DNA of 64,000 nt from NCBI GenBank assembly GCA_963836235.1, contig CAWIIP010000002.1, positions 1,536,001-1,600,000 of the forward strand, given 5' to 3'. The position numbers were made by a program, and so were the translations under genes. Below the pieces are notes generated by a model. That model was given only the letters and a program-made list of their open reading frames with translations, made no database searches and had not been told where the DNA came from. Source of the stretch: an uncultured Pseudomonadota bacterium (GTDB taxonomy: Bacteria; Oederibacteriota; Muellerivitia; Muellerivitales; Muellerivitaceae). Below are positions 1 through 10,434 of this stretch, piece by piece. Positions within the stretch are counted from its first letter, which is position 1; every line of letters begins with the position of its first letter.

Positions 1-1
1 G

Positions 2-115
2 TTGATCGAAGAAAAAGACGGAATCGCCGTTTACCGGGTGCGGACAAAAAATGGAAAGCTCATTGACCCCACAGGAGTCGAAAATGACAATCTTTCTGAA
101 AAAACTCGAAGCTGA
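2..115 (+). CDS. 3' end of an upstream gene truncated by the window edge (…LIEEKDGIAVYRVRTKNGKLIDPTGVENDNLSEKTRS*)
   Basis: Frame 2 is open from the window start to TGA at 113-115, 14 nt before the next ATG. Confidence 0.45.
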   Translation: MIEEKDGIAVYRVRTKNGKLIDPTGVENDNLSEKTRS

Positions 116-129
116 AAAGTGATTTAACC

Positions 130-1029
130 ATGGAATCCCACCCCCACCCTCCCCGCCAAAAGCAATTGCTTTGGGCCATAGCCATCACCAGCTTGGTTTT
201 GATTTTGGAAGTTGTGGGCGGCATTCTATCGGGATCTTTGGCCCTCTTGTCCGACGCGGGCCACATGCTGACAGACTTGGCGGCCCTCTTGATTTCGCTA
301 GTCGCGATGATCATGTCGGCTAAGCCGGCAAGCGCCCGTCATACCTATGGTTTCAAACGCTTGGAAGTACTAGCGGCGCTTGGAAACGCCATTACTTTCT
401 TCCTCATGGTGGTGGGCGTGGGGTGGGAAGCGCTGAGCCGATTTGCCCATCCCTCCTTGCCCGATTGGAAGACCATGGGAATCATCGCGGCCATCGGACT
501 ACTGGCCAACGCCCTTTCAGCTTGGTTCCTCCATGGAGCGGAAGAAGAAGACTTAAATATTCAAAGCGCCTGGGTGCATGTGATGGGCGACCTAGCCTCG
601 TCCGTAGGGGTTTTGATCGGTGTTTTCGCCATCGCCAAAACCGGCTGGACCTGGGTGGACCCGGTTTTAAGCCTGGGTATCGCCCTGCTGATCGCCATGA
701 GCGCCTTCAAACTTTTCATGAAGGCTCTTCATATTCTCTTGGAGTCCGCGCCCAAGGGACTTACGCCCGACCTTATCAGTGAAGCCTTAACCCTTGATGT
801 TCCAGAAATTAAGGAAGTCCACCATGTCCATCTCTGGGAAGTAGGGTCCGGCGAAGTGCATTTAACCGCGCACCTTGTCGTGATGGACCGGCCTATCAGC
901 CAAGGGCTTTCCATCATTCAGGAGGCTTCGGAAGTACTCGAACATAAGTTTTCAATCCATCACAGCACTTTTCAATTGGAACCACCTGCCCGCGTTCCTA
1001 TTCAAGGTCCGAAAAATCCAACAAACTAA
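130..1029 (+). CDS. czcD: Cation diffusion facilitator (CzcD/ZitB-type Zn/Co/Cd efflux)
   Basis: SLALLSDAGHMLTD, TYGFKRLEVLAA, HVMGD and C-terminal HVHLW…HSTFQLE motifs; multiple TM segments. Confidence 0.9.
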   Translation: MESHPHPPRQKQLLWAIAITSLVLILEVVGGILSGSLALLSDAGHMLTDLAALLISLVAMIMSAKPASARHTYGFKRLEVLAALGNAITFFLMVVGVGWEALSRFAHPSLPDWKTMGIIAAIGLLANALSAWFLHGAEEEDLNIQSAWVHVMGDLASSVGVLIGVFAIAKTGWTWVDPVLSLGIALLIAMSAFKLFMKALHILLESAPKGLTPDLISEALTLDVPEIKEVHHVHLWEVGSGEVHLTAHLVVMDRPISQGLSIIQEASEVLEHKFSIHHSTFQLEPPARVPIQGPKNPTN

Positions 1030-1112
1030 AAAAGGGTGTTCCCAAAAAATGTCATTTTTATTGTGCACGCTTAGATCTTTTTGAACCATTTTTCGAGAAG
1101 ATCGAAGTTCGC

Positions 1113-1481
1113 TCAACTTTTTTGAGTTGAACAGGCCTTGAGCCATCCCTCTAGATATTTCCTGATCTCATTCAAACGTCGCACCCAACGGTCATGAAGT
1201 TCGGATGACAAAAGGTTCTTCTTCAGGCAAAGAGAGATCAAGGGAACGCATTCATGGGTAAGAGCCAAAGAATCCTGAAGATATTTTTCGGTGCGGGCCA
1301 CGCTGGAAGAATCCTGGGCAGCGCCAACCTTTTGAGATAACTCATGGATTTGGCGTTTCAGACGGGACACGGCTTCATGCTTCAAGGCCCAAGGCAGGTG
1401 CCGGTAAGTTTTATTGATTTCGCTAGCTAGATCACCGCAAAGGACAGCTATGTCGACGTTCAAGAAATCCGATAAAGGCAT
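1113..1481 (-). CDS. Four-helix-bundle protein of the Avd / 23S-IVS protein superfamily
   Basis: 122 aa, all-helical pattern; LPWALKHE…RLK and C-terminal LNEIRKYLEGWLK resemble the Avd consensus EIGxMLGGWIK. Confidence 0.6.
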   Translation of the reverse strand: MPLSDFLNVDIAVLCGDLASEINKTYRHLPWALKHEAVSRLKRQIHELSQKVGAAQDSSSVARTEKYLQDSLALTHECVPLISLCLKKNLLSSELHDRWVRRLNEIRKYLEGWLKACSTQKS

Positions 1482-1556
1482 GGACTCATTTTATGGCAAT
1501 GTCGATCCCTTCCCAAGTTTTTAAGGGCAAGACTCGTTTTTTTTTGATTAATATCA

Positions 1557-3713
1557 TTATTTTTGTTGGCTGGTTTCAACTCGAGAAAGGGTTGTGAGTT
1601 GTTCGAGAATTTCAGGGGATATCCGGTAACGGGGATTGAGAAGACCGGCCTTCTGAAATAGTTTCAAAGCTTCAGCGTAACGACCTTGACCGGCTAGAAT
1701 GGCCCCTTTTTGTTGCTCTAAGGATCCCTCATAATAATCCCAAAGACCGCAGTTATAACCGTTTCTTCTAGCCCAACGAAGTGCTTGGGCCACAGCTGGA
1801 AGATTTCCCTGGTCAAGAAAGCATTGGAGTACCTTTTCCATCAGACAGGATTGCCACAGAGGGTCACCCAAAGTTTGAGCCTGTAATCGCGCCAGGGCTT
1901 CTAGGGCCGGGGCATAACCACCGCCAGTCGAACGGTTTAGGAATAAAGCATTGGCTTCTTCAAAGGCAAGATGAATTTTATTCCACCTTTGCTGGTCTTC
2001 CGGGAGCATGGAGTCCCAAGGAAGGAAACCCAGAATAAGGCCCCCATAGGGTTGGGTAGAGTCGAAAGGTAGGAGAGTCCATTGGCCCCTGGGAAATCGC
2101 TTTTGGAGGAAAGGGCGATAAAAGGAATTCACTAAAAGCGCAACCCAGGGTGTTCGACCAGAAGTGATTTGGGATTTTTCTACAAGATTAAAGGGATAGC
2201 AGGCTATTCGTAAAGTTTGATCAGGCAAGTGCACGTCCCCACTAAAGTCGGCGGCGAACTCGGTGAACACCCGCCCCGGCCCCAAATCATCGGCGGTTTT
2301 TTTCAGGATTTGATAAGCCTGGAATTTTGCCGCAGATTTGAACTCGCGATTGTGATTTCCAGGTAATTGCCATTGCCGAAAAGGACCTATCAACTGATAA
2401 GTATCAAGTGAAAATGAGAGAAAGAGTAAGATTACCAAGATTAAAGTGCGACGGTCAGGCTGAGTGTCCGCCAAGAGTTTTTGAAATCCCACGCAAGCTA
2501 ATCCCAAGCCAATGGGAAGAACCGCAGCAATTCTCATCATTTCCTGATTTCCCGATAAAAGTCCTGGCAGGAGCAGGAATATAAAAGCGAAAAGGCTTCC
2601 CCAAGCTTCCGCATGTTTCCTGAAGCGAGCGGCTTCAGCTATTCCAAGAAAAATGGCCGAGCTGATGACAGGATTCCACAATCCACCCCAAAATGCCGTG
2701 AATCGAAAATTCCCGTTCCAAGTCCCCCAAAAAAGAGCGGTGATATAAGAAAGAGAATCCCGTAGCCGATCAAAAAGCGGTTTTGTCGAGGAATTAAAAA
2801 GCCAGTTTTGGGTCATATGATGGCCGATACCGGAATGATAAACTTGCCATAATAATGGCCCCATAAAAACTAAGAATGAGGCCAAATAGGCGAAAAAGGA
2901 GATGTAGCCATTTTTTCTCCCTTGAATAAGTAACCAAATACCTAAAAAAGGGGGAATGGCAATCAAAAAATTGGTGAAATAATATCCGATACCTATAGTC
3001 GCACCGATAATCGTGGCCCAAACGATCCTATGGTTTACGGATGAAAAGTGCCAAGCCGTTAATCCTCCCCCTATGACGCATTCCAAGGCCAAAGCCAAGC
3101 TAACGTTAGGGCACATCGCTTCGATGAGAAGCGGCCAAAAACTGAAAGCAAGGAAAAAAAACATTAGGAAGGAAAAAGACCGATTGAAAAAAAAACGAGA
3201 TATCCCATAACCTATTAACAAGCAAAAAAAAGAAAAAAAACAAAGATAAAGCCAAACGGCACCCAAAGAAGGAGAAATGATTTTGTAAAAACTTGAAATT
3301 ATCCATAGATAACCAACCGGGACGTCAGCATAACCGTAAAAAAATTGATGATTCCAGTGCTGAGAAATTTTCCAGGCGAAAGTATCTAAAAAACCATTGT
3401 CGTAAATCGGCCAAATAATTAGGTTATTGGCTACAAACCAACGGGCAACAAAGGCTAATAAAAAGAGGAAAAAAAAAGATAAAAAAGACGGAGGATTGAA
3501 AAATTCCAATTTCCAGGGAGGAGTTATTTCTGGAAGTGGAGTTTTTTTAACAACGATCACAAAAGGAACAATGACCAGGAATCCAAATGTGAATACTTTT
3601 ACAATTAGTGGCACGGAAGAATAAGCCAATATTATATTGGCCATAAAGCTCAAAACAAAAAACTGAAAAGATGATATAGGTCTTATGAACAATTTATAGT
3701 TTGTTGGGCGCAT
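1557..3713 (-). CDS. GT-C (PMT/ArnT, GT39/83-like) membrane glycosyltransferase with C-terminal TPR, paralog 1
   Basis: WPIYDNG loop motif, many TM segments, AFWGGLWNP, DQTL, PFLQKRFP, GDPLWQS, TPR-like tail. Confidence 0.75.
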   Translation of the reverse strand: MRPTNYKLFIRPISSFQFFVLSFMANIILAYSSVPLIVKVFTFGFLVIVPFVIVVKKTPLPEITPPWKLEFFNPPSFLSFFFLFLLAFVARWFVANNLIIWPIYDNGFLDTFAWKISQHWNHQFFYGYADVPVGYLWIISSFYKIISPSLGAVWLYLCFFSFFCLLIGYGISRFFFNRSFSFLMFFFLAFSFWPLLIEAMCPNVSLALALECVIGGGLTAWHFSSVNHRIVWATIIGATIGIGYYFTNFLIAIPPFLGIWLLIQGRKNGYISFFAYLASFLVFMGPLLWQVYHSGIGHHMTQNWLFNSSTKPLFDRLRDSLSYITALFWGTWNGNFRFTAFWGGLWNPVISSAIFLGIAEAARFRKHAEAWGSLFAFIFLLLPGLLSGNQEMMRIAAVLPIGLGLACVGFQKLLADTQPDRRTLILVILLFLSFSLDTYQLIGPFRQWQLPGNHNREFKSAAKFQAYQILKKTADDLGPGRVFTEFAADFSGDVHLPDQTLRIACYPFNLVEKSQITSGRTPWVALLVNSFYRPFLQKRFPRGQWTLLPFDSTQPYGGLILGFLPWDSMLPEDQQRWNKIHLAFEEANALFLNRSTGGGYAPALEALARLQAQTLGDPLWQSCLMEKVLQCFLDQGNLPAVAQALRWARRNGYNCGLWDYYEGSLEQQKGAILAGQGRYAEALKLFQKAGLLNPRYRISPEILEQLTTLSRVETSQQK

Positions 3714-4019
3714 AAAATGGAAAATCGGTTGAAAAACATAAGCTTTTTTTTAATTTTTGACTCCTAAGGTTTTTAAAACCCGTAAAGGAGGCCTGGGAAC
3801 GGCGTTCACAAGAGGGTTTTATTTTAAACTTTATTGGGATGGGTAATAGAATTATTTATAGGGATTTTGACAGCCAGACGAAAGTTTTATACACGGACTA
3901 TTTTGAAAGGGGCTCATAGGAAAGAAACAAGCCATAAGGAAAATGAAAAAGAAAGTCCGAGGTGTTCCTTGAGCATGGGAGGAAAAGAAAAGTTTTAAAA
4001 TATAGTTTTCACCTTTTAA

Positions 4020-6128
4020 TTAGTTCGCCGTGGTTCTTGGTTTTTGTAAAAAAGTCTCCGCATCCGTATGGTTGAAAGGAGCTTTCAAGGCCTTTTGAAA
4101 GGCTTCTTCCGCCTCTTTTTTATTACCGGCCATTGCGTCAAAAATCCCCAAATGTTCATATAAATGTGCCGCCGGGTATCCCTCTTGAGTGGCCTTCTCC
4201 AAAGCTTGAACGGCTTGTCGGTCGGAAGAGCCTGGTGTTAAAACGGATTCCTTAAAATATATGTCCGCGGCTTTTTCCCAAAAGCAGGACCTCAAAAAGG
4301 AATCCGAGTTAAAGGCCGGTTTGGCGTCGAACAAGGTTTTCAGGCTTTCCTGGTAGGTGCGGTCTGGGAAGTAACTGATGGTTTCGTCGATAAATGGATG
4401 AAGAGCCAAACTTGCCTCTTGCCAGTTTTTCAATTCCTTTATACGGGAAGAATCCAGCGGTATTACCCAAAGCATAAGGCCCCCGTCCGAAGATGACAAA
4501 TCTTTGGAGAGCCAGGCATAACGGCCATCTGGGAATCTCTTAGCCAAGAAAGGTTGGTAATTGACGTTGGTCAATACCGCAGCCCACTGGGCCTTTTCAA
4601 AGGAAAGATCCGGGTTTTCGGCGGCGTTGAAATCGTGGGCGGCCACGGTCAAGGTTTGATCCGGCAAACCCGGAATGAAATCATCGAAGAGGAGCCCTGG
4701 ACCCTTTTCCGAGGCGATTTGTTTGAGGAGTTCATAGGCCCGAAAGCGTTCCACGGATTTGGTATAACCCCGCCAAATGTCGGAAGTATCCCATAGATGG
4801 TGATAGACCCCAAACAAATGGTAAGAGTCCAGGCCCATTGCGGGGAGGAAAAGAAAGAGGCTTAAAACCATTCCTTTCCTATTGGGAAAGGAGGCACAAA
4901 GTTTTTGCCAACCCAAAGCCGTGATGACCAACATAACCGGAATCACCGGGACCATGCGAAAAGTTTCCCGGTCGCTTGTCAAAAGCCCCGGAAGGAGAAA
5001 AATGAAAAAGGCCCAAAGGAGCCAACGGTTCAAAGCAAGTTGACGGTTTTTCCATGTTTCCAAAAACCCCAGAAAAAAAAGAGAACCAAGAACTGGATTC
5101 AAGAAGCCTCCCCATAGGGGTTGATAAGTATGAAAATGAGTGTCCATTCCCCAGAAGAGAGCGCAAGGATAGGAAATTGAAACGGCGGCTTGTTGAATCC
5201 AAGAAGAGCTTTGATGGAAAATGGCCAGATGACGAAGATAAGAACCGTAACCCTGGGTGGCGCAGAGGTAAAAGAAGGGAAGGAATAGCAAGAAAAAGGG
5301 AAAAGCCCAAAAGAAAAAGGCTTGTTGAGAGACTTTTCCCGAGCTTTTCAAGCCATAAAGCAGGGTGGCCGCCAAAACCCCGGCAATGATCATCCAATGG
5401 ATGTGAATCAAAAAGCCAAAACCCAAGAGGAACCCCAAAGCCAAAGCCCATTTTTTCTGGGTCGAGGGAGACGAAGGGTGAAGAAAATTACCTAAAAAGT
5501 AGAAAGCCAGGCATTCAGCCAACAGAACAAGACCGGTCATAAAAGAAAATCTTCCCAAAAGCCAAGGCCAAAAACTAAAGGCCATCAGAAGGGCGAAAAG
5601 GAAAGAAAAAGATTTAGAAAAAAAACGGGTTGCGGCCCAATAGGCGGTAGGAACAACCAAAATGGAAACCAAGGCGGGAAGCAGCCAAAGGGAGAATAAA
5701 GAAGTCCCGAAAACTCGAAAGATTAAGCTGAGAAGCCAAATATAAAGGGGTGGAACGCGGCTATCGCCATAAAATAGCCGCCAATCCCATTTTTCATTTA
5801 ACTGGAGAGCATAATAGCCATAGACCCCCTCGTCATAGTGGGGCCAAACCGAAAGAGTAGTTAATTGGGAAAACCGCACGACTAAGGCCAAGATCCCAAT
5901 GAGGATCCACATCCAGGCGGGAATCGGGGGAAGGAATTCCGACTGATCTTTAGGTTTCTCCTCCCAGCTTTTGGCTTTACCGGTTCCAAGCCATAGCACC
6001 CCCGGCACCAAGAGACCCAGCAAGCCAATCCAGAGCTTAGCCTCCAGTGAAAAGGGAAAATAGGAAAGAACCGTATTCGCCGCCAAAAAGACGAGGAACA
6101 AGAAAAAGTTCCGCCGATTTTGGCTCAA
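4020..6128 (-). CDS. GT-C glycosyltransferase with C-terminal TPR, paralog 2
   Basis: WPHYDEG, PPLY, PLWGGFLNP, DQTL, PFLAKRFP, GYPAAHLY; TTG start. Confidence 0.8.
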   Translation of the reverse strand: MSQNRRNFFLFLVFLAANTVLSYFPFSLEAKLWIGLLGLLVPGVLWLGTGKAKSWEEKPKDQSEFLPPIPAWMWILIGILALVVRFSQLTTLSVWPHYDEGVYGYYALQLNEKWDWRLFYGDSRVPPLYIWLLSLIFRVFGTSLFSLWLLPALVSILVVPTAYWAATRFFSKSFSFLFALLMAFSFWPWLLGRFSFMTGLVLLAECLAFYFLGNFLHPSSPSTQKKWALALGFLLGFGFLIHIHWMIIAGVLAATLLYGLKSSGKVSQQAFFFWAFPFFLLFLPFFYLCATQGYGSYLRHLAIFHQSSSWIQQAAVSISYPCALFWGMDTHFHTYQPLWGGFLNPVLGSLFFLGFLETWKNRQLALNRWLLWAFFIFLLPGLLTSDRETFRMVPVIPVMLVITALGWQKLCASFPNRKGMVLSLFLFLPAMGLDSYHLFGVYHHLWDTSDIWRGYTKSVERFRAYELLKQIASEKGPGLLFDDFIPGLPDQTLTVAAHDFNAAENPDLSFEKAQWAAVLTNVNYQPFLAKRFPDGRYAWLSKDLSSSDGGLMLWVIPLDSSRIKELKNWQEASLALHPFIDETISYFPDRTYQESLKTLFDAKPAFNSDSFLRSCFWEKAADIYFKESVLTPGSSDRQAVQALEKATQEGYPAAHLYEHLGIFDAMAGNKKEAEEAFQKALKAPFNHTDAETFLQKPRTTAN

Positions 6129-6150
6129 GGGAGGCGCCTTGGTAATGGTC

Positions 6151-8286
6151 TCATGGAAGCTTCCTCAAATTTAAAAGCGCCGGAGTATGGTTTAAAGGGG
6201 AATGTAAAGCCGCCTCGAAAGATTCACGAGCCTTGTCCTTGTCGCCCAACGTCCACCAAAGCACTCCTAAATCATTATATAAATTGGCGGCAGGGTATCC
6301 CAGTCGGATTCCACGGCTAAGGGCTTCCATCGATTTTGAATTATCGGAACAGGACAATCCGAAAAAAAATATTCTTTCGGCGATGAAGGATTCCAGAAAG
6401 GGATCCTTTCTTACCAAAGGTTCCAATTGAACTAATTTTTCTAGAACCCCTCGAGGCGGCTTTCCAAAGGGGGAATCAAACAATAAAGAAGTGATTCGAC
6501 GAAGCAACCTTTCGGTTTCCAACCAGTTGAAAAATTCTTTTTGATTGTCTCGTGTTATGGAAAAGATCCCCAATACCAGAGTTCCCTGGGGTGTGGCTGC
6601 ATCAGAAGTTAGTGGAAACCAATGGCTTTGGGGAAAACGCTGGGAAAGAAAAGGGGCAAAATTAATGTTGGTGAGAAGACCCGCCCAGTTGGCACTTTCC
6701 GGCGCAAGGCCCGGATTTCGTGCCGCATTGAAGGGGTAAACCGCTATAGCAAGAGTCTGGTCGAAAGGGCTTGTTTCCAATTCGGTAAAAATAAGGCCAG
6801 GTCCGCGAGCTCTCGACACGGATCCCAGAAGTTGAAAAGCGCGAAACCTTTCCATGGATTTAACGTCGAGAATAGCGGTCTGGGTACCGGAATGCCAAAT
6901 CTTTTGATAGGGTCCGAAAAGATGATAAATATCCATCCCAGAAGAAAGACACAAAAGAATAAAAACAACAGTAAGGCCCATTGGGCCGTTTCCCATCCAT
7001 TCGGAAAGCTCGTATAAACCCATGACACAAACAGTTAATAACATAGGAAACACCAGAAGCATACGAAGCATTTCCAAATCGTTTGAAAGTAGGGCTGGCA
7101 ATAAAAAAAGGCAAAGGCCAAAGAGTATCCAAGCCTTAAGGTGTTTTTCCTGGCTACGAAAGATGAAAATGAGGCCTAAAAGGAACAAAGTTCCGGCCAG
7201 GGGGTTTAAAAATCCTCCCCAAAAAGGTTTGAAAGCGAACCGATCAGTGTTTACCCCCCAAAATAAGCTCCCGAGGTATTGGGTGATAAGATGAAACTGT
7301 TCTTTTGGAGATGTTCCCCCCTGGAAGACCCAGCGAGATTTCAGGTAAATTCCATGGTTAGTTGAGAAGAAGATGATCAAGTACGGAAGCGAGGTTGAAA
7401 GCAAAAGCGTGAGAAAAGAAATCAAAATTCCTTTTCGACTTTCAAAATGGGGGATCACCATCCCTAAAACGGCTAAAAAAATGAAAGCGACCATCACCGG
7501 CCAATGGTGAAGAGTATAAAATCCCGTTCCCGTAAAAAAACCCAAGAATGCAGCGGTTATTTTCTTTATTTTGTTGGATGTTTGGCGTAGTAGGGTACCC
7601 AGCAAAGCAAGAACGGCCAACTGCCACAAAACCTCAATCTCATGGCCTTGACAGAAACGTCCCAAATAAAGAGGCTCAAAATTAAAGGCCCAAAGGCAGA
7701 TGAAAACGAAAGCAAAAGTTTCGGAGAAAAAAGCTTTGGCAGCCGCAAAGGCTAATGGAATGGTTAATAAGGATAAAATCGCCGGGAAAAGCCACAAGGT
7801 TTCAAGAGAAGGTCCTAATATCTTGAAAAATGTACCTAGACTCCAAACAAAAAGAGGAGGCCACTGAGCATATGAATAAAAAAAATGCCAATCCCCATTT
7901 TCAATTAATTCGATCCCATAGTACCCGCCCAATCCTTCTTCGCTTGTCGGCCAGGTAGATAAAGTCGTTAATTTGTAAAACCGTAATAGAATGGCGAGAA
8001 TCAAAAATACTACCCAGACCCATGTAGAAACGCGCGGGATAGATTCCCAGGAAAAAGCCGTTTTCGAAAGAACGGTAGGGGTCCAAATTTTTTTTAAAGC
8101 TATAACAAAAGGTATTCCAAGACCTATTAATCCAATCCACAATTTGGTTTCTAGGGAAATTGGAAAATAGGAAAGAAGAGTATTAGCGACCAGAAAAACA
8201 AAGAAATAAGTCCAGGGATTTCGAGCGAAGCGATCATTTTTACGGAAAAAAGAGGAGAATATTAATTCCATGAAAGATTTATCCAT
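6151..8286 (-). CDS. GT-C glycosyltransferase with C-terminal TPR, paralog 3
   Basis: WPTSEEG, PPLF, PFWGGFLNP, DQTL, GYPAANLY. Confidence 0.8.
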   Translation of the reverse strand: MDKSFMELIFSSFFRKNDRFARNPWTYFFVFLVANTLLSYFPISLETKLWIGLIGLGIPFVIALKKIWTPTVLSKTAFSWESIPRVSTWVWVVFLILAILLRFYKLTTLSTWPTSEEGLGGYYGIELIENGDWHFFYSYAQWPPLFVWSLGTFFKILGPSLETLWLFPAILSLLTIPLAFAAAKAFFSETFAFVFICLWAFNFEPLYLGRFCQGHEIEVLWQLAVLALLGTLLRQTSNKIKKITAAFLGFFTGTGFYTLHHWPVMVAFIFLAVLGMVIPHFESRKGILISFLTLLLSTSLPYLIIFFSTNHGIYLKSRWVFQGGTSPKEQFHLITQYLGSLFWGVNTDRFAFKPFWGGFLNPLAGTLFLLGLIFIFRSQEKHLKAWILFGLCLFLLPALLSNDLEMLRMLLVFPMLLTVCVMGLYELSEWMGNGPMGLTVVFILLCLSSGMDIYHLFGPYQKIWHSGTQTAILDVKSMERFRAFQLLGSVSRARGPGLIFTELETSPFDQTLAIAVYPFNAARNPGLAPESANWAGLLTNINFAPFLSQRFPQSHWFPLTSDAATPQGTLVLGIFSITRDNQKEFFNWLETERLLRRITSLLFDSPFGKPPRGVLEKLVQLEPLVRKDPFLESFIAERIFFFGLSCSDNSKSMEALSRGIRLGYPAANLYNDLGVLWWTLGDKDKARESFEAALHSPLNHTPALLNLRKLP

Positions 8287-8322
8287 TTATTGAAAAGGCT
8301 ATGAATGATTGAGAGAAATTCT

Positions 8323-10434
8323 TCAAGAAACATTATCCAGTTCCTTTAAGTTTTGAGAAGCTGGTGTCAAGTTGACCGGGCATTTTAAAGCTTTTTGAAA
8401 GTAATGACGGGCGGCTTTTAGGTCGTTTTTTTTCCACAAAAGTAGCCCCATTTGGTCGTAAAAAAAGGCGTTGGGGTATCCTAATTCCAAACCCTCCTGT
8501 ATGGAATGAATGGCTCCATCGATATCGCCCATTAGTACGTTATAGAACTCCATTTTTCCCCATAAACAGGATTCCAAAAAGGGATCACCTTGAGCCAGCG
8601 GTTGTAAACCTTCCAATTCTTGGACAATATTTTCACCTGACATTTTTTCAGTTTGAAAAATCATTTCCAGGGTCAATTTCCGGAAAGCCAAGTTGGCGGC
8701 GGTCCACTTTTGGAGAACATTTTTAACGCCGGGAGTAATGGGAATAATCCCCAATGATAAGCCACCATCAGGTCGGGATAAATCTTGTGAAAGCCAAGAC
8801 CATTGGCCTTGGGGTAATCGCTTTTGTAGGAAAGGGATGAAATGGGGATTCGCCAGAACCGCAAACCATTTAACCTTATCCATGGGAAGGGCGGGATTAC
8901 GAAGAACATCAAAAGAAAAGCCGGCGATTGCGAGGGTTTGATCAAAGGTTTTCGGGGAGAAATCCGTGAATAAAATTCCGGGGCCTTGTTCCTTGGATTG
9001 CAGTTGCAGTTTCTCAAAAGCCCTCCATCGCTCGACGGATTTGAAGTCGGCGCATTCGGGGTTGGGCACACCCCACTTTTGATGGTAAGGGCCGAAAAGA
9101 TGATAAGTATCGATGGCCGTGGAAAAAATTAAAAAAAGAATGAACCATGGCAGAGCATGTTTCGGATTTGAGGGTGATAAAAGCCATAACAACCCAATGC
9201 AACAAACGATTAATAGAAATGGAAGGACGGGCAGGATGCGGTACATTTCCACGGAAATTGTCGTGATGCCCGGAATCAGGCATATTCCCAAGGCGGCCAT
9301 TAACCACAGGCTCCAAGCCTCCTTTCGGCATTGAATTGTCCAGGCTAGTCCGATGAAGAAGGCGCTGGCTAAAAAAGGATTCAAGATGCCCCCCATAATG
9401 GGGCGGTAGCATTGCCCCAAGGGATCAGCGCCCCAAAATAACATGGTGAAATTGGACAATGCCAACTTCCAGCCATAGTTCAGCGAAGCCATATTTTGGA
9501 ATAAAAACAAACTGGAAACATAGTGACCATAGCCTTCCCGCACGAGATTTACCCAAAAGGGCCCCGCCGTCACGAGGAGCGCGGCTGAAAACCCAAAGGC
9601 GTCCTTTAATCCACTTTTCCCCCCGCGCCCCCCCTGTATCCAGACGAAGGCCGTTAACAGCAGGAAGACACTCCACCAGGAGGTAAAAGTGTAAAAACCG
9701 GCACCAACACAAAAGCCCAATCCAACCGCCCAGCCAAACCGTCCCTCGGGTTCTTTTATTTTCAAAAAACCAAGGAGAAGCCATAAGCAAAGGGATTCCC
9801 AAAAAAGGGCCATCATTCCTGGATGGGAGAGTCTTCCACAATAAAGCGGCCAGAAGCTCAATGCCGCCAAGCTGAAAAATAGGAAACCGAACGACAGGCC
9901 GAATAATTTCCTGGCCGCCATGGCAAGGAAGACAAAAGAAAGGAAAGATAGGAATGCCGGTAGAAGCCATAGGTTGAAGAGAGAGACGCCACAAAGCTTA
10001 AAAACAGCCGCTAAGGCCCAAAAATAACCCGGTGGCATTCGGCTGATTCCATAAAGCAGGGAGCCATCCCAGTGCTTCATTAAATGGATTCCAAAAAAAC
10101 CGACCCAGCCCTCATCCGTGATAGGCCAAGTGGAAAGCGCGGTAAGGTGGTAAAACCGGAGAAAGAAAGCTAAGGCTAAAACGGAAATCAAAGTCCATTT
10201 AGGAGTGGAAGTGAAAATCTCCAAACGATAAGGATGTTTTTCCGCCGGTAGCTGTTGTGGGACAGAAAAACAAAGGAAAAGGAACGGGAGTAAGATTCCT
10301 ACTAGCCCAATGCCGATTTTAACCCCCAGAGTTATTGGCGCGTAGGCAAGTAAGGTGTTGGAAATTAAAAAAATGAAAAAGTAAAACCAGGCAGGCGTTG
10401 CAAACATCAGAGTTTTCTTTAAAGAAGCAGGCAT
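8323..10434 (-). CDS. GT-C glycosyltransferase with C-terminal TPR, paralog 4
   Basis: WPITDEG, PIMGGILNP, DQTL, GDPFLES; its ATG overlaps the hpnE stop (TAATG). Confidence 0.8.
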   Translation of the reverse strand: MPASLKKTLMFATPAWFYFFIFLISNTLLAYAPITLGVKIGIGLVGILLPFLFLCFSVPQQLPAEKHPYRLEIFTSTPKWTLISVLALAFFLRFYHLTALSTWPITDEGWVGFFGIHLMKHWDGSLLYGISRMPPGYFWALAAVFKLCGVSLFNLWLLPAFLSFLSFVFLAMAARKLFGLSFGFLFFSLAALSFWPLYCGRLSHPGMMALFWESLCLWLLLGFLKIKEPEGRFGWAVGLGFCVGAGFYTFTSWWSVFLLLTAFVWIQGGRGGKSGLKDAFGFSAALLVTAGPFWVNLVREGYGHYVSSLFLFQNMASLNYGWKLALSNFTMLFWGADPLGQCYRPIMGGILNPFLASAFFIGLAWTIQCRKEAWSLWLMAALGICLIPGITTISVEMYRILPVLPFLLIVCCIGLLWLLSPSNPKHALPWFILFLIFSTAIDTYHLFGPYHQKWGVPNPECADFKSVERWRAFEKLQLQSKEQGPGILFTDFSPKTFDQTLAIAGFSFDVLRNPALPMDKVKWFAVLANPHFIPFLQKRLPQGQWSWLSQDLSRPDGGLSLGIIPITPGVKNVLQKWTAANLAFRKLTLEMIFQTEKMSGENIVQELEGLQPLAQGDPFLESCLWGKMEFYNVLMGDIDGAIHSIQEGLELGYPNAFFYDQMGLLLWKKNDLKAARHYFQKALKCPVNLTPASQNLKELDNVS

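Noticed and set aside
3150-3490. Poly-A/T runs in GT paralog 1 as phase-variation tracts
   Set aside because: Runs of 8-9 are explained by Phe/Leu-rich TM coding, and all paralogs stay in frame
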